A stretch of DNA of 64,000 nucleotides from an uncultured delta proteobacterium (GTDB taxonomy: Bacteria; Desulfobacterota; RBG-13-43-22). Each line of letters starts with the position of its first letter. Position 1 is the stretch's first letter. Where the stretch lies: assembly GCA_963790475.1 (NCBI GenBank), contig CAWBOS010000015.1:96001-160000 (forward strand), given 5' to 3'. Below the pieces are notes generated by a model. That model was not told where the DNA came from. It worked only from the letters and a program-made list of their open reading frames with translations, and did no database searches. Positions 50,222 to 63,137 of the stretch are shown here, in pieces. The position numbers and the translations under genes were made by a program.

Positions 50222-50748
50222 AAATTCTCCAGGATCGAGTTATGGATCCGTTCGGAGAGATCTTGAGCGATTTTTTTGATCGCATCTTGTTTATTCCGCT
50301 CGGTCTGATTTGGGTCGGTTGTTACCGAATAGACCTCATATCTCGACAAATTCTGGTTTTGCCAGAGGACCTTTTGATTATCTGATCGCCGGCATGTTAT
50401 TTCCAGGGTAACGGTCACCCTTCTCTGCAGGGCCTGAGTCAAGGTGGCATAAATGACCGGATCTATGGCTATGGATTTAATTTTTCCGATGATTTGGGCC
50501 TGGGCCTCCGATTCGGAAACCACCTGAAGGACTCGACTCCGGTTAAATTCATAAATCAAGGCATTGGCAAAAACTACCTCTACCCCCGCTTCGACGCTTT
50601 CATTTACAAAAACAGGAATGGATACGGCCTTGACATCAGGAGGTAGATTGTTAACTGTTCCCCGTAAACCATACCCGCAACCGGAGAAAACCATCAAAAC
50701 TAAAAATCCGGCAATTAGCCGATGACCATTCAAATAGGTTCTTTCCAC
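50218..50748 (-). CDS. lptE: LptE family lipoprotein
   Basis: Lipobox FSGCGY, IPVFVNES. Directly downstream of leuS. Confidence 0.8.
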   Translation of the reverse strand: MERTYLNGHRLIAGFLVLMVFSGCGYGLRGTVNNLPPDVKAVSIPVFVNESVEAGVEVVFANALIYEFNRSRVLQVVSESEAQAQIIGKIKSIAIDPVIYATLTQALQRRVTVTLEITCRRSDNQKVLWQNQNLSRYEVYSVTTDPNQTERNKQDAIKKIAQDLSERIHNSILENF

Positions 50749-50919
50749 AAATAATCTCCTTTTTTAATGATCAGGTGTTTAGGCTGAAGACTGAAGGTCG
50801 AAGACCAAAATACAACTCATCAAGCACGAATCAAGTCCCTCAAAACAGTCCCTGGCGCTGCGATTTAAAGTTCGATCTGGTTGAAGTCTATCAGCCTTCA
50901 GTCTATCCACCTATCCAAC

Positions 50920-53412
50920 CTATTTAACGACAATATTGACTAACCTTCTTTGAATCACAATGGTCTTGACCCATTCTTTTCCTTGAAGCCATTCCTGAAT
51001 TCTCGGCTGTTCCCAAGCCAGTTTCTTGATTTCTTCCTCGGTTACTGAAGGTCCAACCATAATCCTTGACCGGACCTTGCCGTTAACCTGGATGACAACC
51101 ACCTGTTCTTCTTCCTGCAAGGCATCGGAATCCCACCCCGGCCAGGGTTGGTCATGGATGCTCCCCTTTTTACCCAGGATCTTCCAGAGCTCCTGGCACA
51201 GATGGGGGACGATAGGCGATAGGAGGATCAGGCCGGTTTCCACCGCCCTGGTCAGCAGGGCTATTTTCTCAGGGTCATCACCAACCTCGGCTTGAAATAA
51301 ATAAAGGGCATTGACCAATTCCATAACCGCACTGATGGCGGTGTTGAAATGAAACCGGTCCTCAATGTCCTCGGTAACCTTTTTGATGGTCTGATTCAAT
51401 TTGATATATATGCTTCGACCTGAACCTTTGAAGGGGATATTTGTTTCAGAAAGGGAGTCTCCTTGTTTTACATCCCCACAATCTAAAACTAAATTCCAGA
51501 ACCGATGGAGAAACCGGAAAGCACCATCAACCCCTTGGTCACTCCATTCTAAATCCCTGTCCGGCGGAGAGGCAAAAAGGCAAAAAAGCCGCACAGTATC
51601 GGCCCCATATTTTTGGATCAAGGCATCGGGATCCACGACATTGCCCTTGGACTTGGACATTTTGGCCCCGTCTTTAATCACCATCCCCTGGGTGAGCAGA
51701 TTAAGGAAGGGTTCATCCACTTTCAGCCAGCCCAAATCCCGGAGGACCTTGGTAAAAAAACGGGAGTACAATAAGTGAAGGACCGCGTGTTCGATCCCGC
51801 CTATATATTGATCCACCGGCATCCAGTAGTTCACCCGCTTTGAATCGAGAGGCCCTTGGGTATAATCCGGGCAGGCATAGCGATCGAAATACCAGGAAGA
51901 TTCCACAAAGGTATCCATCGTATCGGTTTCCCGGCGGCCCGGACCAGCACATTTTGGACAGGTGGTTTCGAGAAATTCCTTAAGCAAGGGCAGGGGTGAT
52001 CCTCCGGCCGGGGTGATCTCAGCCTCAAGAGGCAGAAGGACCGGCAAGTCTTCTTCCCTTACCGGGACTATCCCGCATCGCTCGCAATAAATCATCGGGA
52101 TTGGCGCCCCCCAGTACCTTTGTCTGGAAACTCCCCAGTCCCGTAAACGGTATTGGACTTTTTCCCTGCCCTCCTCTTTTCCTTCTAGATAGCGAGTGAC
52201 AGCCGTTTTGGCCGCCTCATTATCCTGTCCGTTAAAGAGGCCGGAATTGACCAGTTTCCCGGGCCCCTCATAGGCCTCTTTCATGGTTTCCGGGGTCAAG
52301 GGTTCTTCTCCAACCGGCTGAATAACCACCCTGAGCGGCAAATCATATTTGTGAGCAAATTCGAAATCCCGCTGGTCATGGGTAGGTACGGCCATAACCG
52401 CCCCGGTCCCGTATGCCATCAGGACAAAATTGGCTACAAATATAGGCATCTTCTCTTGGGTAAGCGGATTAATGCAAAAGGCGCCGGTGAAAACACCTTC
52501 TTTCTCCAGATCGACATCCGAATCAGGCCGACGGTTCAACCCTTGAACTTTTTTCACGAAGGCCTTGACCTTATCTTCCTGGGGGGTGTTCCGGCATAGC
52601 TTCTGAACCATTGGATGTTCAACGGCCAGGCTCATAAAGGTGGCCCCGTAAAGGGTATCCGGCCTGGTGGTAAAAACGGTCAATTTCCCGGATCCATCTT
52701 CCAGGGGAAAATCAATTTCCGTTCCAAAACTCTTCCCGATCCAGTTGCGCTGCATGGTCAGGACCTTTTCCGGCCAGCCCGGCAGATTTTCACACCAGGA
52801 AAGCAGCTCCTCGGCATATTGAGTGATCCGGAAAAACCATTGTTCCAACTCTTTCCCTTGAACCGGCTGGTCGCAACGCCAGCATTGACCTTCTCCCACG
52901 ACCTGTTCGTTGGCTAAAACCGTTTGGCATTGATTGCACCAATTGACTAAAGACCTTCGGCGATAGACCAGCCCTTTTTCCCACATCTTCAGGAAAAAAA
53001 GTTGCTCCCATTTATAATACGTGGGATCACAGGTCGCCAATTCGCGATCCCAGTCATAGCTGAAACCCAATCGTTTCAACTGGGTCCTCATATAATCGAT
53101 ATTATCATAGGTCCAGCGGGCCGGATGGACCTTATTGGCAATGGCCGCATTTTCAGCCGGCATGCCGAAGGCGTCCCAGCCCATGGGGTGCAGGACGTTG
53201 AATCCTCTCATCCGTTTATATCGAGCCACCACATCACCGATGGTGTAGTTCCGCACATGGCCCATATGGATCCTTCCTGAAGGATAAGGGAACATTTCCA
53301 GGAGATAATATTTCTTCCGGTCCGGATCCTCAACCACCCTGAAGGCCTTGTCTTGCTCCCAGCGGGCCTGCCATTTGGCCTCAATAGCATGGGGATTATA
53401 TTTTACTTTCAT
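50920..53412 (-). CDS. leuS: Leucine--tRNA ligase
   Basis: [29 protein letters not shown]. Confidence 0.98.
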   Translation of the reverse strand: MKVKYNPHAIEAKWQARWEQDKAFRVVEDPDRKKYYLLEMFPYPSGRIHMGHVRNYTIGDVVARYKRMRGFNVLHPMGWDAFGMPAENAAIANKVHPARWTYDNIDYMRTQLKRLGFSYDWDRELATCDPTYYKWEQLFFLKMWEKGLVYRRRSLVNWCNQCQTVLANEQVVGEGQCWRCDQPVQGKELEQWFFRITQYAEELLSWCENLPGWPEKVLTMQRNWIGKSFGTEIDFPLEDGSGKLTVFTTRPDTLYGATFMSLAVEHPMVQKLCRNTPQEDKVKAFVKKVQGLNRRPDSDVDLEKEGVFTGAFCINPLTQEKMPIFVANFVLMAYGTGAVMAVPTHDQRDFEFAHKYDLPLRVVIQPVGEEPLTPETMKEAYEGPGKLVNSGLFNGQDNEAAKTAVTRYLEGKEEGREKVQYRLRDWGVSRQRYWGAPIPMIYCERCGIVPVREEDLPVLLPLEAEITPAGGSPLPLLKEFLETTCPKCAGPGRRETDTMDTFVESSWYFDRYACPDYTQGPLDSKRVNYWMPVDQYIGGIEHAVLHLLYSRFFTKVLRDLGWLKVDEPFLNLLTQGMVIKDGAKMSKSKGNVVDPDALIQKYGADTVRLFCLFASPPDRDLEWSDQGVDGAFRFLHRFWNLVLDCGDVKQGDSLSETNIPFKGSGRSIYIKLNQTIKKVTEDIEDRFHFNTAISAVMELVNALYLFQAEVGDDPEKIALLTRAVETGLILLSPIVPHLCQELWKILGKKGSIHDQPWPGWDSDALQEEEQVVVIQVNGKVRSRIMVGPSVTEEEIKKLAWEQPRIQEWLQGKEWVKTIVIQRRLVNIVVK

Positions 53413-53503
53413 AAGTTAAACTGATCCTCTTTTTTGATACTGGATTCTGACTTTGGTCAGAAAAGTGAAAAGATCTAAGGGCCCGACCTATTACCGCCCC
53501 TGA

Positions 53504-54031
53504 CTAGGCTGGGTCGGGCTTTTTCCCGTCGGTCTCGGACTTTCCATATCGCTCCAAAAATATTCTGTCCAGAATGCCGTTGATAAAAGCCCCCGACTCT
53601 TCCGTGCCGTATTGTTTTCCCAGATCGATGGCTTCATTAATGGCCACCCGGGGTGGGATGTCGCTGCAATAGACCAGTTCATAAACAGCTATTCTCAAAA
53701 TATTCCGGTCTACCCCGGACATCCGCTCTATCCGCCAATTTTCGGTATACTTCTTAATGAGACGATCAATGGCTTCTTTCTGTTCCTCTACCCCAAGGAC
53801 AAGACGGGAAAAATAGGGTTGGGATCCTTCTTTTACCGGAAAGTTCTCTGAAAAAACGGCCAGGGATCCCTCATTAGAGTTAAAAGGATTCATCTCTATA
53901 AAAAACAGGGCTTGAAGAGCCGCTTCTCTTGATTTTCTTCGGCTTCCTTTGGACGGGGTCTTCGGATCAGAAGTTTGTGGTAAGTCCGATGTCTCCTTCT
54001 GCTCCTTACTTGCCTTGACAGAATTATTCAT
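53504..54031 (-). CDS. nusB: Transcription antitermination factor NusB
   Basis: [34 protein letters not shown]. Confidence 0.95.
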   Translation of the reverse strand: MNNSVKASKEQKETSDLPQTSDPKTPSKGSRRKSREAALQALFFIEMNPFNSNEGSLAVFSENFPVKEGSQPYFSRLVLGVEEQKEAIDRLIKKYTENWRIERMSGVDRNILRIAVYELVYCSDIPPRVAINEAIDLGKQYGTEESGAFINGILDRIFLERYGKSETDGKKPDPA

Positions 54032-54494
54032 GTATTTTTTTGAGCAAATCCACCATCTCAATCGCCGCTATGGCAGCACTCCAGCCTTTATTCCCGGCCT
54101 TGGAACCGGCCCGCTCTATGGCCTGCTCCAGGGTATCGGTGGTCAACACCCCGAAAGACATGGGGACCCCGGTTTCCAGAGAGGCGTTGGCGATACCCTT
54201 GGACATCTCGGCACTGACATAATCAAAATGAGGGGTCGATCCCCGAATCACCGCGCCAAGGCAAATGATGGCATCATATTTTTTTTGTAAAGCCAAGCGC
54301 TTGGCCACCAAGGGAATTTCGAAGGCCCCCGGCACTTTAAATATTGCCAGGTCTTTATCCTTGGCCCCGTTCCGATTCAAGGCATCCAAGGCCCCTCCTA
54401 CCAGATGTTCGCTAATGAAATCATTGAAACGGCTTACCACCAGGGCGAATTTCATCCCCTCGGCCTGCAAATTTCCTTCAAATATTTTGGGCAT
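54024..54494 (-). CDS. ribH: Lumazine synthase
   Basis: [31 protein letters not shown]. Confidence 0.97.
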   Translation of the reverse strand: MPKIFEGNLQAEGMKFALVVSRFNDFISEHLVGGALDALNRNGAKDKDLAIFKVPGAFEIPLVAKRLALQKKYDAIICLGAVIRGSTPHFDYVSAEMSKGIANASLETGVPMSFGVLTTDTLEQAIERAGSKAGNKGWSAAIAAIEMVDLLKKIHE

Positions 54495-54638
54495 CGGCCT
54501 TCCTCCTTTAATGAAATAAGGTTCAAGGTGTAAGGCCTGCGCCTGCACGCCCGCAGGGGCAGGAGGTCCAAAGGAAAACCGTATACCTTATACCGTGGAC
54601 CTTGGACCCTTACTTGCTTGAAACCTTGAATCTTAGAA

Positions 54639-55869
54639 CTAACTTTTTACCGCTTCCACATCATCGGTACTCAGATTAAGCAGGTGTCCCATTTTTTGTC
54701 GTTTGGTTTTCAGGTAATTGATATTCTCTTTCTTGGGGAAAATTTCAATGGGTACCCGTTCGGTTACCTGGAGGCCGTATCCTTCCAATCCGATTATTTT
54801 CTTTGGGTTATTGGTCATTAGACGCATCTTTCGAACCCCCAGGTCCGCCAAGATCTGAGCCCCGATCCCGTAATCCCGAAGATCGGGCTTAAATCCCAGG
54901 GCCTCATTGGCCTCAACCGTATCTTTCCCCTGATCCTGAAGCATATAAGCCCTGAGCTTATTGACCAGACCGATTCCCCGCCCTTCCTGATGGATGTACA
55001 GCAAAACGCCGCATCCCTCTTTTTCAATCTTTTTCAAGGGCGGCCTTAAGCTGTTCCCCACAATCGCACCGTAAGGAACCGAAGACATCTCCGGTCAGGC
55101 ATTCGGAATGGACCCGGACTAAGATCTCCTGTTTAGGGTTTATTTCTCCTTTAACTAAGGCCAAATGCTGGTGTTCATCGACATCGTTCTCATAGACAAT
55201 AGCTTTAAAAGTACCATAAGGGGTAGGCAAAACAGTCTCCGCCCGTCGATGCACAAAGGATTCGTTCTGAAAACGGTATTCGATCAGGTCCTGGATGGTA
55301 ATTATCTTGAGGTCGTGCTCCCGGGAAAAAGACTCCAGGTCCGGCATCCGGGCCATGGTCCCATCATCCTTCATGATCTCGCAAATGACGCCATAGGGTT
55401 TTAGGCCGGCAAGACGGGACAGATCCACGGAACCTTCGGTTTGCCCGGTCCGTACCAAAACCCCTCCTTCTCGAGCCCGTAGAGGGAAGATATGACCCGG
55501 GCTGACCAGGTCTTCAGGTTGGGCTTTGTCGTTGATAGCCGCCAGAACAGTCGTCGCCCGGTCGGCGGCGGAAATCCCGGTAGTCACGCCCTTGCGAGCT
55601 TCAATGGATACCGTAAAGGCCGTTTTAAAGCTTGAAGTATTATGACGGACCATCATCGGCAACTGTAACTTTTCAATCTTCTCAGGTGTCAAGGAAAGGC
55701 AAATAAGACCTCGTCCGTACCTGGCCATAAAATTGATGGCTTCCGGCGTAACTTTTTCAGCAGCCATGGTCAGATCCCCTTCGTTTTCGCGATCTTCATC
55801 GTCGACCAGGATGATCATCTTGCCGGCCCGGATATCTTCCAGAGCTTCATCTATCGTTGAAATAGGCAT
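54639..55869 (-). CDS. ribBA: Bifunctional DHBP synthase / GTP cyclohydrolase II, frameshift near 55040
   Basis: [38 protein letters not shown] across two frames. Confidence 0.95.
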
Positions 55870-55888
55870 ACTCCACTCCTTCGAAAGC

Positions 55889-55958
55889 TATCAGCCATTA
55901 GTAATCAGCGGTCAGTTTCGTTTTCTTTTTGCTGAAGGCTAATTGCTGGATGCTTAGC
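55889..55958. repeat. Inverted pair of heptamer tandem arrays
   Basis: TATCAGC CATTAGT AATCAGC GGTCAGT facing GCTGAAG GCTAATT GCTGGAT GCTTAGC. Confidence 0.65.
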
Positions 55959-55965
55959 TATTCTT

Positions 55966-56622
55966 TTATAAAAATCCGTGTTCTTTTAAAAAACCCTCAT
56001 TCACCTTTGATTTTGGAGAAGGGCCGTCCTCATTTCGGCGGGATAGAAATTGGACTATATATTTCCCGATCAGATCGGTTTCCAGGTTAACCAGGTCTCC
56101 GATCTTCTTCTCCCCTAGGGTGGTTTGAGCCCCCGTATGGGGAATAATGGTCAGGTCAAAATCTTTCTCCCCAACCCTATTAACGGTTAGACTGACCCCA
56201 TCGACCGTAATAGACCCTTTTTCAACTATAAGGGGTCGTAATGAAGCCGAAAAGGATATTTTTAACAAGAATAAACCTTCCCGAATATCTTTTTTAACAA
56301 TCCTGCCGGTTCCATCAATATGACCGGTAACCCAGTGTCCGCCCAGCCGGTCGGACAGTCGCAAGGCCCTTTCCAGGTTGACTCGGTCTCCGACCTTGAG
56401 CCCCCCCAGATCCGAACGGGTCAGGGTTTCTTCCGAGGCATCAACTGAGAAGGAATTTCCCTTCCAGGCCGTGACTGTCAAACAGACCCCATTCACCGCA
56501 ATGCTTTCTCCCAGTTTCCTTTCTTCCCAGGGGAATCCCGGCTTGATCGATAACAGGGCTTTATCCCTTTCCTTTTCAATCCGGAGAACTTCCCCCTGCC
56601 CTTCAACTAATCCGGTAAACAT
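55966..56622 (-). CDS. ribE: Riboflavin synthase alpha chain
   Basis: MFTGLVE, GVCLTV, VNLERA, GHIDG, IPHT. Confidence 0.96.
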   Translation of the reverse strand: MFTGLVEGQGEVLRIEKERDKALLSIKPGFPWEERKLGESIAVNGVCLTVTAWKGNSFSVDASEETLTRSDLGGLKVGDRVNLERALRLSDRLGGHWVTGHIDGTGRIVKKDIREGLFLLKISFSASLRPLIVEKGSITVDGVSLTVNRVGEKDFDLTIIPHTGAQTTLGEKKIGDLVNLETDLIGKYIVQFLSRRNEDGPSPKSKVNEGFLKEHGFL

Positions 56623-56746
56623 ACTGGGCTATCTCGTCTGTTTCGCCATGTTGAGTCTATTTTATCTAATAGGTAAAGTGCCTTCAGCCTTCACTGTTTT
56701 GTTTTTTGCCTCTAGCCTCGTGCCTCTCTCCTGTTTTTATATTATC

Positions 56747-57853
56747 TCACGTTTCAGGATAGGCTTCCACTAAAATATCCCCGGACCAAGGTTTAACTTT
56801 CATCTCTTTAAACCGGATGGCCTCGGTCATTTGGGTTATCCCTGTCCCACCGATCATTCCTATGGCCTTTCGGCCGCCGATAAGACAAGGGGCAATAAAA
56901 ACAACCAGTTTATCTGCCTGACGTTTGGATAGGAAAGAACCGTAAACCTCGGCCCCCCCTTCAATCAAAAGACTGGTAATTCCTCTCCGGCCCAAACGGA
57001 TCAACAGCTCTTTGACTGAGATCTGTCCCTTGCGGTCAGGCAGGGAGAGGATTTCCACCCCTTTCTTTTCCAATTCCCGCTTTTTACGGATAGGCACCCG
57101 AGGCCCGGTGACCACCAGGGTCCTTCCGGGACCTGCCAGAATTCGGGCTCCTGTAGAAATACGCAAGCGAGGATCCAGGACGATCCGTAAAGGATCTTTG
57201 ATCTTTCCCCGAGCTAACCTTACGGTCAATAACGGATCATCTTTAACCACGGTCCCGATACCCACCAGAACCCCATCCACCTGGTTTCGTATTCGGTGAA
57301 CCAAAAGCCGGGAACGTTCGTTGCTGATCCATTTTGAATCGCCGGTCCTGGTGGCAATCCGACCGTCAAGGCTGATAGCCGCTTTCAAAGTGACGAAAGG
57401 AAGACCGGTAGTAATCCATTTGATATAGACTTCGTTCAGACGCCGACATTCTTTCTCCAGAATCCCCTGAACCACCTCGATCCCCTGGGAACGAAGCCGG
57501 TCAGCCCCGCCTCCTTTTACGCTGGGGTTGGGATCGGACATTCCGAAAACCACCTTTTTTATTCCACTGGCCAGGATGGCCTGGGTGCAGGGAGGGGTTC
57601 GGCCGAAATGATTGCAGGGCTCCAGGTTGACATACAGGGTCGCCCCCTTGGCTTCTTTCCCCGCTTGAGCGATGGCCATCGGTTCGGCATGGAGACCGCC
57701 GGCCTTTTGATGCACCCCCTGCCCGACAATAACCCCTTTTCGGACCACCACCGCCCCGACCATCGGGTTTGGAGAGGTCCGTCCCAGACCTTTTCGGGCC
57801 AGGTTAATGGCCTTTTTCATGTATTGGATATCTGTTAGAGCAAGCGAGGACAT
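56747..57853 (-). CDS. ribD: Bifunctional riboflavin deaminase/reductase
   Basis: PNPMVGAVVV, HAE, EPCNH.GRTPPC, SLDGRIA, IEGG. Confidence 0.96.
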   Translation of the reverse strand: MSSLALTDIQYMKKAINLARKGLGRTSPNPMVGAVVVRKGVIVGQGVHQKAGGLHAEPMAIAQAGKEAKGATLYVNLEPCNHFGRTPPCTQAILASGIKKVVFGMSDPNPSVKGGGADRLRSQGIEVVQGILEKECRRLNEVYIKWITTGLPFVTLKAAISLDGRIATRTGDSKWISNERSRLLVHRIRNQVDGVLVGIGTVVKDDPLLTVRLARGKIKDPLRIVLDPRLRISTGARILAGPGRTLVVTGPRVPIRKKRELEKKGVEILSLPDRKGQISVKELLIRLGRRGITSLLIEGGAEVYGSFLSKRQADKLVVFIAPCLIGGRKAIGMIGGTGITQMTEAIRFKEMKVKPWSGDILVEAYPET

Positions 57854-57856
57854 AAG

Positions 57857-57938
57857 GAGTGTCAAGTGGCAAGTGACAAGTGGCAAGTGACAAACTCTTT
57901 TTCGAATTTCTCGTCACCCGTCACTCGTCACTCGTCAC
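57857..57938. repeat. Inverted pair of heptamer tandem arrays
   Basis: About five AAGTG(A/G)C units (57857-57891) facing four (T/C)CGTCAC units (57911-57938). Confidence 0.85.
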
Positions 57939-58420
57939 TTTTTCTTTTTCTTCGTTTCCTTCTTCTTACGGCTCTCCAGCAGTTCTTTCAACTCCAGCAC
58001 GAAGTCACCCGGGTCTTTAAATTGGCGGTACACAGAGGCGAAACGCACATAAGCCACATCGTCCCATTCATGAAGCTTGGCCATGACCAACTCGCCGATC
58101 TCCGTGGTAGCAATCTCCTTGCGCCCGGAGTCCTGAAAAGACTGCTCCAAATAATCTATAAACTCTTCAATGGCCTCGACACTGATCGGCCGCTTCTTGC
58201 AAGCTACCTGAATCCCTTCAGCGATTTTTTCCCGTTGAAAAGGTTCTCGCCTTCCATCTTTTTTGATCACCACCGGATGGATTTCTTCTACTTTCTCATA
58301 GGTGGTAAACCGGCGCTGACAGGCATCACATTCCCTCCGCCTCCGGATCATGATCCCTTCCCGGCTAAGTCTCGAATCCACGACCTTGTTATTAAAGGAA
58401 CCACAATAAGGACATTTCAT
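57935..58420 (-). CDS. nrdR: Transcriptional regulator NrdR
   Basis: MKCPYC..VVDSR..IRRRREC..C..RFTTYE, VAYVRFASVY. Confidence 0.97.
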   Translation of the reverse strand: MKCPYCGSFNNKVVDSRLSREGIMIRRRRECDACQRRFTTYEKVEEIHPVVIKKDGRREPFQREKIAEGIQVACKKRPISVEAIEEFIDYLEQSFQDSGRKEIATTEIGELVMAKLHEWDDVAYVRFASVYRQFKDPGDFVLELKELLESRKKKETKKKKK

Positions 58421-58423
58421 GGA

Positions 58424-58885
58424 TCATTCCTTTCCGGAAAATTGGATCACCGGAACCTGGGCGACCTTCAACAAATCTTCTGAAAGGGTATCGGCATAAC
58501 CTTCCCGATAAAATATTTCGCGTATCCCGGCGTTGATCAGCATCTTGGAGCAAATGACGCAAGGGAGGTTGGTGCAATACAAAGTCGCCCCCGCAATGGA
58601 TACTCCGTGATGAGCAGCCTGAATAATCACATTTTGTTCGGCATGAATGCCCCGGCATAATTCGTGCCGTTCTCCGGAGGGGATCCCTTCCTGTTCCCTC
58701 AGGCAGCCGACATCCAGACAATGGGGAATACCGGAGGGTGCCCCATTGTATCCGGTGGCCAGTATCCTTTTCCCTTTGACGGCCACGGCCCCTACCCGTC
58801 GTCGCAGGCAGGTCGAACGCCGGGCCACCAGATCCGCAATATCCATAAAATAGACCGGCCAGGGAGGGCGCGTAGTAATAGACAT
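58424..58885 (-). CDS. dCMP deaminase family protein
   Basis: RSTCLRR.VGA, TGYNG, HAEQN, PCVIC. Confidence 0.92.
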   Translation of the reverse strand: MSITTRPPWPVYFMDIADLVARRSTCLRRRVGAVAVKGKRILATGYNGAPSGIPHCLDVGCLREQEGIPSGERHELCRGIHAEQNVIIQAAHHGVSIAGATLYCTNLPCVICSKMLINAGIREIFYREGYADTLSEDLLKVAQVPVIQFSGKE

Positions 58886-58934
58886 AAATGATCTCTTAAA
58901 AACTGTGGGAGGGTCTTTTGGGCTTTATCATCCC

Positions 58935-60197
58935 TTATCCGGGAAAAAGGGGAAACCCCCGGCAAAAATCCCGGACTTCTTTGCGAATCTGCTTCAGGAT
59001 CCCTTTGTTTCCAGCTTGATTCAAAACCCTGGTGATAAAACCGGCCACTTGAATCATCTCGGGTTCTTTCATCCCCCTGGTCGTTAACGCTGGTGTCCCC
59101 AAACGAATCCCGCTGGTGATCTGGGGACCTCTGGTCTCAAAGGGGATGCTGTTTTTGTTGGCCGTGATACCGGCCAGGTCCAAGGCCTGTTCCGCTTCCA
59201 CCCCGGTCAATCCGCTGAAGCCGACGTCCATCAGGATCATGTGATTATCGGTTCCTTTGGATACCAATTTGAACCCTGGCTTCATCAATGCGTCGGCCAG
59301 GACCCGGGCATTGAGCACCACTTGTTCCTGATAGGTTTTGAAACCCGGGCTTAAGGCCTCTTTAAAAGCCACGGCCTTGGCGGCGATGGTGTGCATCATC
59401 GGTCCGCCCTGAATGCCGGGGAAAACCTGAGAGTCTATCATCTTACCGTATTCGGCTTTGGCCAGAATTAAACCGCCACGGGGTCCTCTTAAGGTCTTGT
59501 GGGTGGTAGAGGTGATAAAATCCGCACCGGGCACCGGAGATGGATGGAGTTCAACAGCAATCAATCCGGCAATATGGGCCATATCCACCATCAAATAGGC
59601 CCCCACTTCCCGGGCAATCCGGGAAAAGGCATTAAAATCAAGAATCCGGGTATAGGCACTGGCCCCGGCAATAATCAACTTGGGACGAATTTTTTGGGCA
59701 AGATCGGCCACTTGTTGATAATCGATTCTTTCGGTTTCCCGGTCCACACCATAAGAATGAATATGATAAAACCTTCCTGAAAAACTGACCGGACTCCCGT
59801 GAGTCAGATGCCCTCCGTGAGCTAAATCCATACTGAGGATCTTCTCCCCGGGGTTAAGGATCGAAAAAAAAACAGCCATATTGGCCTGGGAACCGGAATG
59901 GGGCTGAACATTAGCGTAGTCGGTCTTGAAGATCCGACAGACCCGTTCCCTGGCCAGGGTTTCTACCTGATCCGCGTATTCACAACCTCCATAATATCGT
60001 TTCCCAGGATACCCCTCGGCATACTTGTTGGTTAAGATGCAACCCTGGGCTTCCATAACCGCCAAGCTGGCAAAATTCTCGGAAGCAATCAGTTCTAATT
60101 TCTCGGTCTGCCGTTTCAGTTCCCCCTGAAAGGCTTTGGCCACTTCCGGGTCAACGGCTTTCAAGTAAAGGCTTGGCTTTCCGGCTCCCTTGATCAT
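58935..60197 (-). CDS. glyA: Serine hydroxymethyltransferase
   Basis: [35 protein letters not shown]. Confidence 0.98.
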   Translation of the reverse strand: MIKGAGKPSLYLKAVDPEVAKAFQGELKRQTEKLELIASENFASLAVMEAQGCILTNKYAEGYPGKRYYGGCEYADQVETLARERVCRIFKTDYANVQPHSGSQANMAVFFSILNPGEKILSMDLAHGGHLTHGSPVSFSGRFYHIHSYGVDRETERIDYQQVADLAQKIRPKLIIAGASAYTRILDFNAFSRIAREVGAYLMVDMAHIAGLIAVELHPSPVPGADFITSTTHKTLRGPRGGLILAKAEYGKMIDSQVFPGIQGGPMMHTIAAKAVAFKEALSPGFKTYQEQVVLNARVLADALMKPGFKLVSKGTDNHMILMDVGFSGLTGVEAEQALDLAGITANKNSIPFETRGPQITSGIRLGTPALTTRGMKEPEMIQVAGFITRVLNQAGNKGILKQIRKEVRDFCRGFPLFPG

Positions 60198-60652
60198 GAA
60201 CAGCCCTTATCCATTTTCTTAATCCTTCTCAGATGCCTCCCTTTCTCAAATGGAGTTTCCAAAAAAGTCAGAACGATCTCCTGAGCCAACCCGGTTCCTA
60301 CCACCCGGCTCCCCAAAGCCAGGATATTGGCGTTATTGTGGGCCCGGGCCATCCGAACCGTATAAAGATCATTACAAAGAGCGGCCCGAACCCCGGGCAG
60401 TCTGTTGGCCGTAATGGACATGCCGATCCCGGTACCACAGATCAGGATGCCTGATTTTACCCGGCCGATCGAGACTTCCCTGGCCACTTTGAAAGCAAAA
60501 TCCGGGTAATCCACCGATTCGTCATTAAAGGTCCCGACATCTTTGAAGTGGACCCTTTTGGTTGAAAGTATTTTAAGGATGAATTCCTTTAATTCAAACC
60601 CGGCATGATCGGCAGCGATCAGGAGATCTACTTTTTTCTTTCTCTCAGGCAT
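60194..60652 (-). CDS. rpiB: Ribose-5-phosphate isomerase B
   Basis: [30 protein letters not shown]. Confidence 0.95.
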   Translation of the reverse strand: MPERKKKVDLLIAADHAGFELKEFILKILSTKRVHFKDVGTFNDESVDYPDFAFKVAREVSIGRVKSGILICGTGIGMSITANRLPGVRAALCNDLYTVRMARAHNNANILALGSRVVGTGLAQEIVLTFLETPFEKGRHLRRIKKMDKGCS

Positions 60653-61884
60653 ATTTTTTAAAAACCAGGACAGCATTGGTTCCCCCAAAGCCGAAAGAAT
60701 TGGTCATAGCGGCACCTACAGCGGCCTTCCGGGCCTGGTGGGGTACATAATCCAGATCGCACTGGGGATCCGGATTATCTAAATTGATCGTTGGCGGGAT
60801 AAGGTTTTCCTTAATAGTCATGACCGTAAAAACCGCTTCCACTCCTCCGGCACCTCCCAGCATGTGCCCGGTCATGGACTTCGTGGAGCTGATGGCCAAG
60901 TTGCTGCTGTGGTCCTTGAAAACAGCTTTGATGGCCAGGGTCTCAGCCCTATCATTCAAATCCGTTGAGGTCCCATGGGCATTGATGTATTGAATCTGCT
61001 CCGGTTTCATCCCGGCGTCATCCAGGGCCATCTGCATGCAGCGGATTGCCCCATCTCCATCAGGGGAAGGGGCGGTCATGTGATAGGCATCCCCGGTCAA
61101 TCCATAACCCACGATTTCCCCCAGGATCGGAACGCCCCGTTCCAAAGCAAACTCCAATTCTTCCAGGACCATTATGCCGCTGCCTTCAGCGATAACAAAT
61201 CCATCCCGGTCCTTGTCAAAGGGTCGGGAGGCCTTTTCCGGTTCCTCGTTCCGGGTGGAAAGCGCCCGCATGGCATTGAATCCACCCACGGCTAAAGGGG
61301 TGATTACCGCTTCAACTCCGCCGCAGATCATGGCCTTGGCCGCTCCTCTTTGAATCAGTTTAAAGGAGTCGCCGATAGCGTGGTTGCCGGCCGCACAAGC
61401 GGTCTCGATCGATAAATTAGGTCCTTTGGCCCCATATTCAATGGCGATTTGACCTGGCGCCATATTGGCGATCAACATGGGGATAAAAAAAGGACTGATC
61501 CGGTCCGGACCGCGAGAGAGCAGGACGGTATGAGTGTCTTCAATAGTTCGGAGTCCCCCCAATCCGCAGCCCGTTATTACCCCGACTTGAGGGGCCAATT
61601 CCGGGGTAATCTTCAAGCCTGATTGTTCCATGGCCATCCGAGCCGCACCCAGGGCATAATGAACAAAGACGTCAAGCCGCCTGATCAACTTTTGGGGATA
61701 CAAAATCCTCAACTTTAAACCCTTTGATCTCACCGGCTATCCGGGTGCGAAATTTGCCGGCATCAAAGCGGGTAATCGGTCCGATCCCCGACTTGCCTTG
61801 GCACAGATTTTCCCAGGTTTCTTTCACTCCTATCCCCACCGGAGTAACCAGACCCAGGCCCGTCACCACAACTCTTTTTTTCAA
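60645..61884 (-). CDS. fabF: 3-oxoacyl-ACP synthase II, frameshift near 61690
   Basis: RVVVTGLG, TACAAG, NAHGTST, GHMLG, NSFGFGG. Confidence 0.95.
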
Positions 61885-61919
61885 AACATCGCCTCCTGGA
61901 AAAAAGAATTCACCCTTTT

Positions 61920-62153
61920 TTATTGAGTGTGGGCCTTAATATAATCTATCGCATCTTGAACGGTTTTGATATTTTCGGCATCCTCATCGGCTATTGAAAT
62001 ATTAAAGGCCTCCTCCATGGCCATGATCATCTCCACCAGGTCCAAAGAATCGGCCCCCAGATCATCAACAAAAGATGCCTTGGAAACCACGTCCTCTTCG
62101 GCAACGCTCAACTGTTCAGTAATAATGGCCTTCACTTTTTCTTCAATATTCAT
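61920..62153 (-). CDS. acpP: Acyl carrier protein
   Basis: [11 protein letters not shown]. Confidence 0.97.
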   Translation of the reverse strand: MNIEEKVKAIITEQLSVAEEDVVSKASFVDDLGADSLDLVEMIMAMEEAFNISIADEDAENIKTVQDAIDYIKAHTQ

Positions 62154-62355
62154 GGGTAATTACCCTCCTTTCCTCATTTACTTTGGTTTTAGATATCACC
62201 TGTCGGCCCTGGGCTTTCAGTCTTATCTTCATTATCTTTTCTCTGCCTGTCTTCCTGCGGCCTCCAGGCAATCATAAATAAACTGCAATGAACGATCTGT
62301 CCAGTTAAAAAAGAAGCTGGAATCCAAGAGGCAGCAGCCAAAATGAAATCCCCTC

Positions 62356-62383
62356 ATTCTGGATTCTGACTTCTGAATTCTGT
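62356..62383. repeat. Heptamer tandem array (NTTCTGN x4)
   Basis: ATTCTGG ATTCTGA CTTCTGA ATTCTGT. Confidence 0.75.
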
Positions 62384-62390
62384 TGATTTT

Positions 62391-63137
62391 TTATGTATAC
62401 ATCCCCCCGCTGATATGGATGACCTGGCCGGTAATATAGTCGGAAGCCTTTGAAACCAGGAAGGCCACCAAGTCGGCTACCTCTTCCGGTTTCCCGCTCC
62501 GGCCCATAGGGATCAAGCGCAAGAATTCCTGGCGGACCTTTTCCGGAAGCACGGAGGTCATCTCCGTATCGATAAATCCCGGGGCAACGGCATTCACCTG
62601 AATCCCCCGGGCAGCCACTTCTTTGGCGACTGATTTGGTGAATCCGATGATCCCGGCTTTGGAAGCGGCATAATTAGCCTGGCCGGGATTACCGATAACC
62701 CCGGAGACGGAAGCGATATTGACGATTTTCCCCGATTTATTTCTGATCATAGACCGGATCACCGCCTGGGTGCAATTGAAGACCCCTTTCAGATTAATGC
62801 CTATGACCCGGTCCCAGTCTTCTTCTTTCATTCGCATCAGCAGGGTATCACGGGTAATCCCGGCGTTGTTGATCAAAACGTCGATTCGGCCCCATTCCTT
62901 CAGCAGGCCATCAATCTGGGATTGCACCTCTTGAAAATCAGCCACACTAAAATAACAAATTTTTGCCTTGGCCCCTTTGGCTTCCGCCTCCCGCAAAGTC
63001 TGTTCAGCCATACCCGGCTCGGGATCATAATGGTTCAACAGCAAAACCGTTTCCGGCCCGGCCTGGCGCAGGGCAATGGCCCGGCCGATACCTCGAGAGG
63101 CGCCGGTAACCAGGATGACTTGCTGGTTTTCACTCAT
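62391..63137 (-). CDS. fabG: 3-oxoacyl-ACP reductase
   Basis: TGASRGIG, NNAGITRD, YAASK, PGFIDT. Next to acpP and fabF. Confidence 0.95.
   Translation of the reverse strand: MSENQQVILVTGASRGIGRAIALRQAGPETVLLLNHYDPEPGMAEQTLREAEAKGAKAKICYFSVADFQEVQSQIDGLLKEWGRIDVLINNAGITRDTLLMRMKEEDWDRVIGINLKGVFNCTQAVIRSMIRNKSGKIVNIASVSGVIGNPGQANYAASKAGIIGFTKSVAKEVAARGIQVNAVAPGFIDTEMTSVLPEKVRQEFLRLIPMGRSGKPEEVADLVAFLVSKASDYITGQVIHISGGMYT

Noticed and set aside
57857-57938. Repeat arrays as CRISPR
   Set aside because: Units are 7 bp with no unique spacers, and there are no cas genes. No CRISPR array was seen anywhere in the window.
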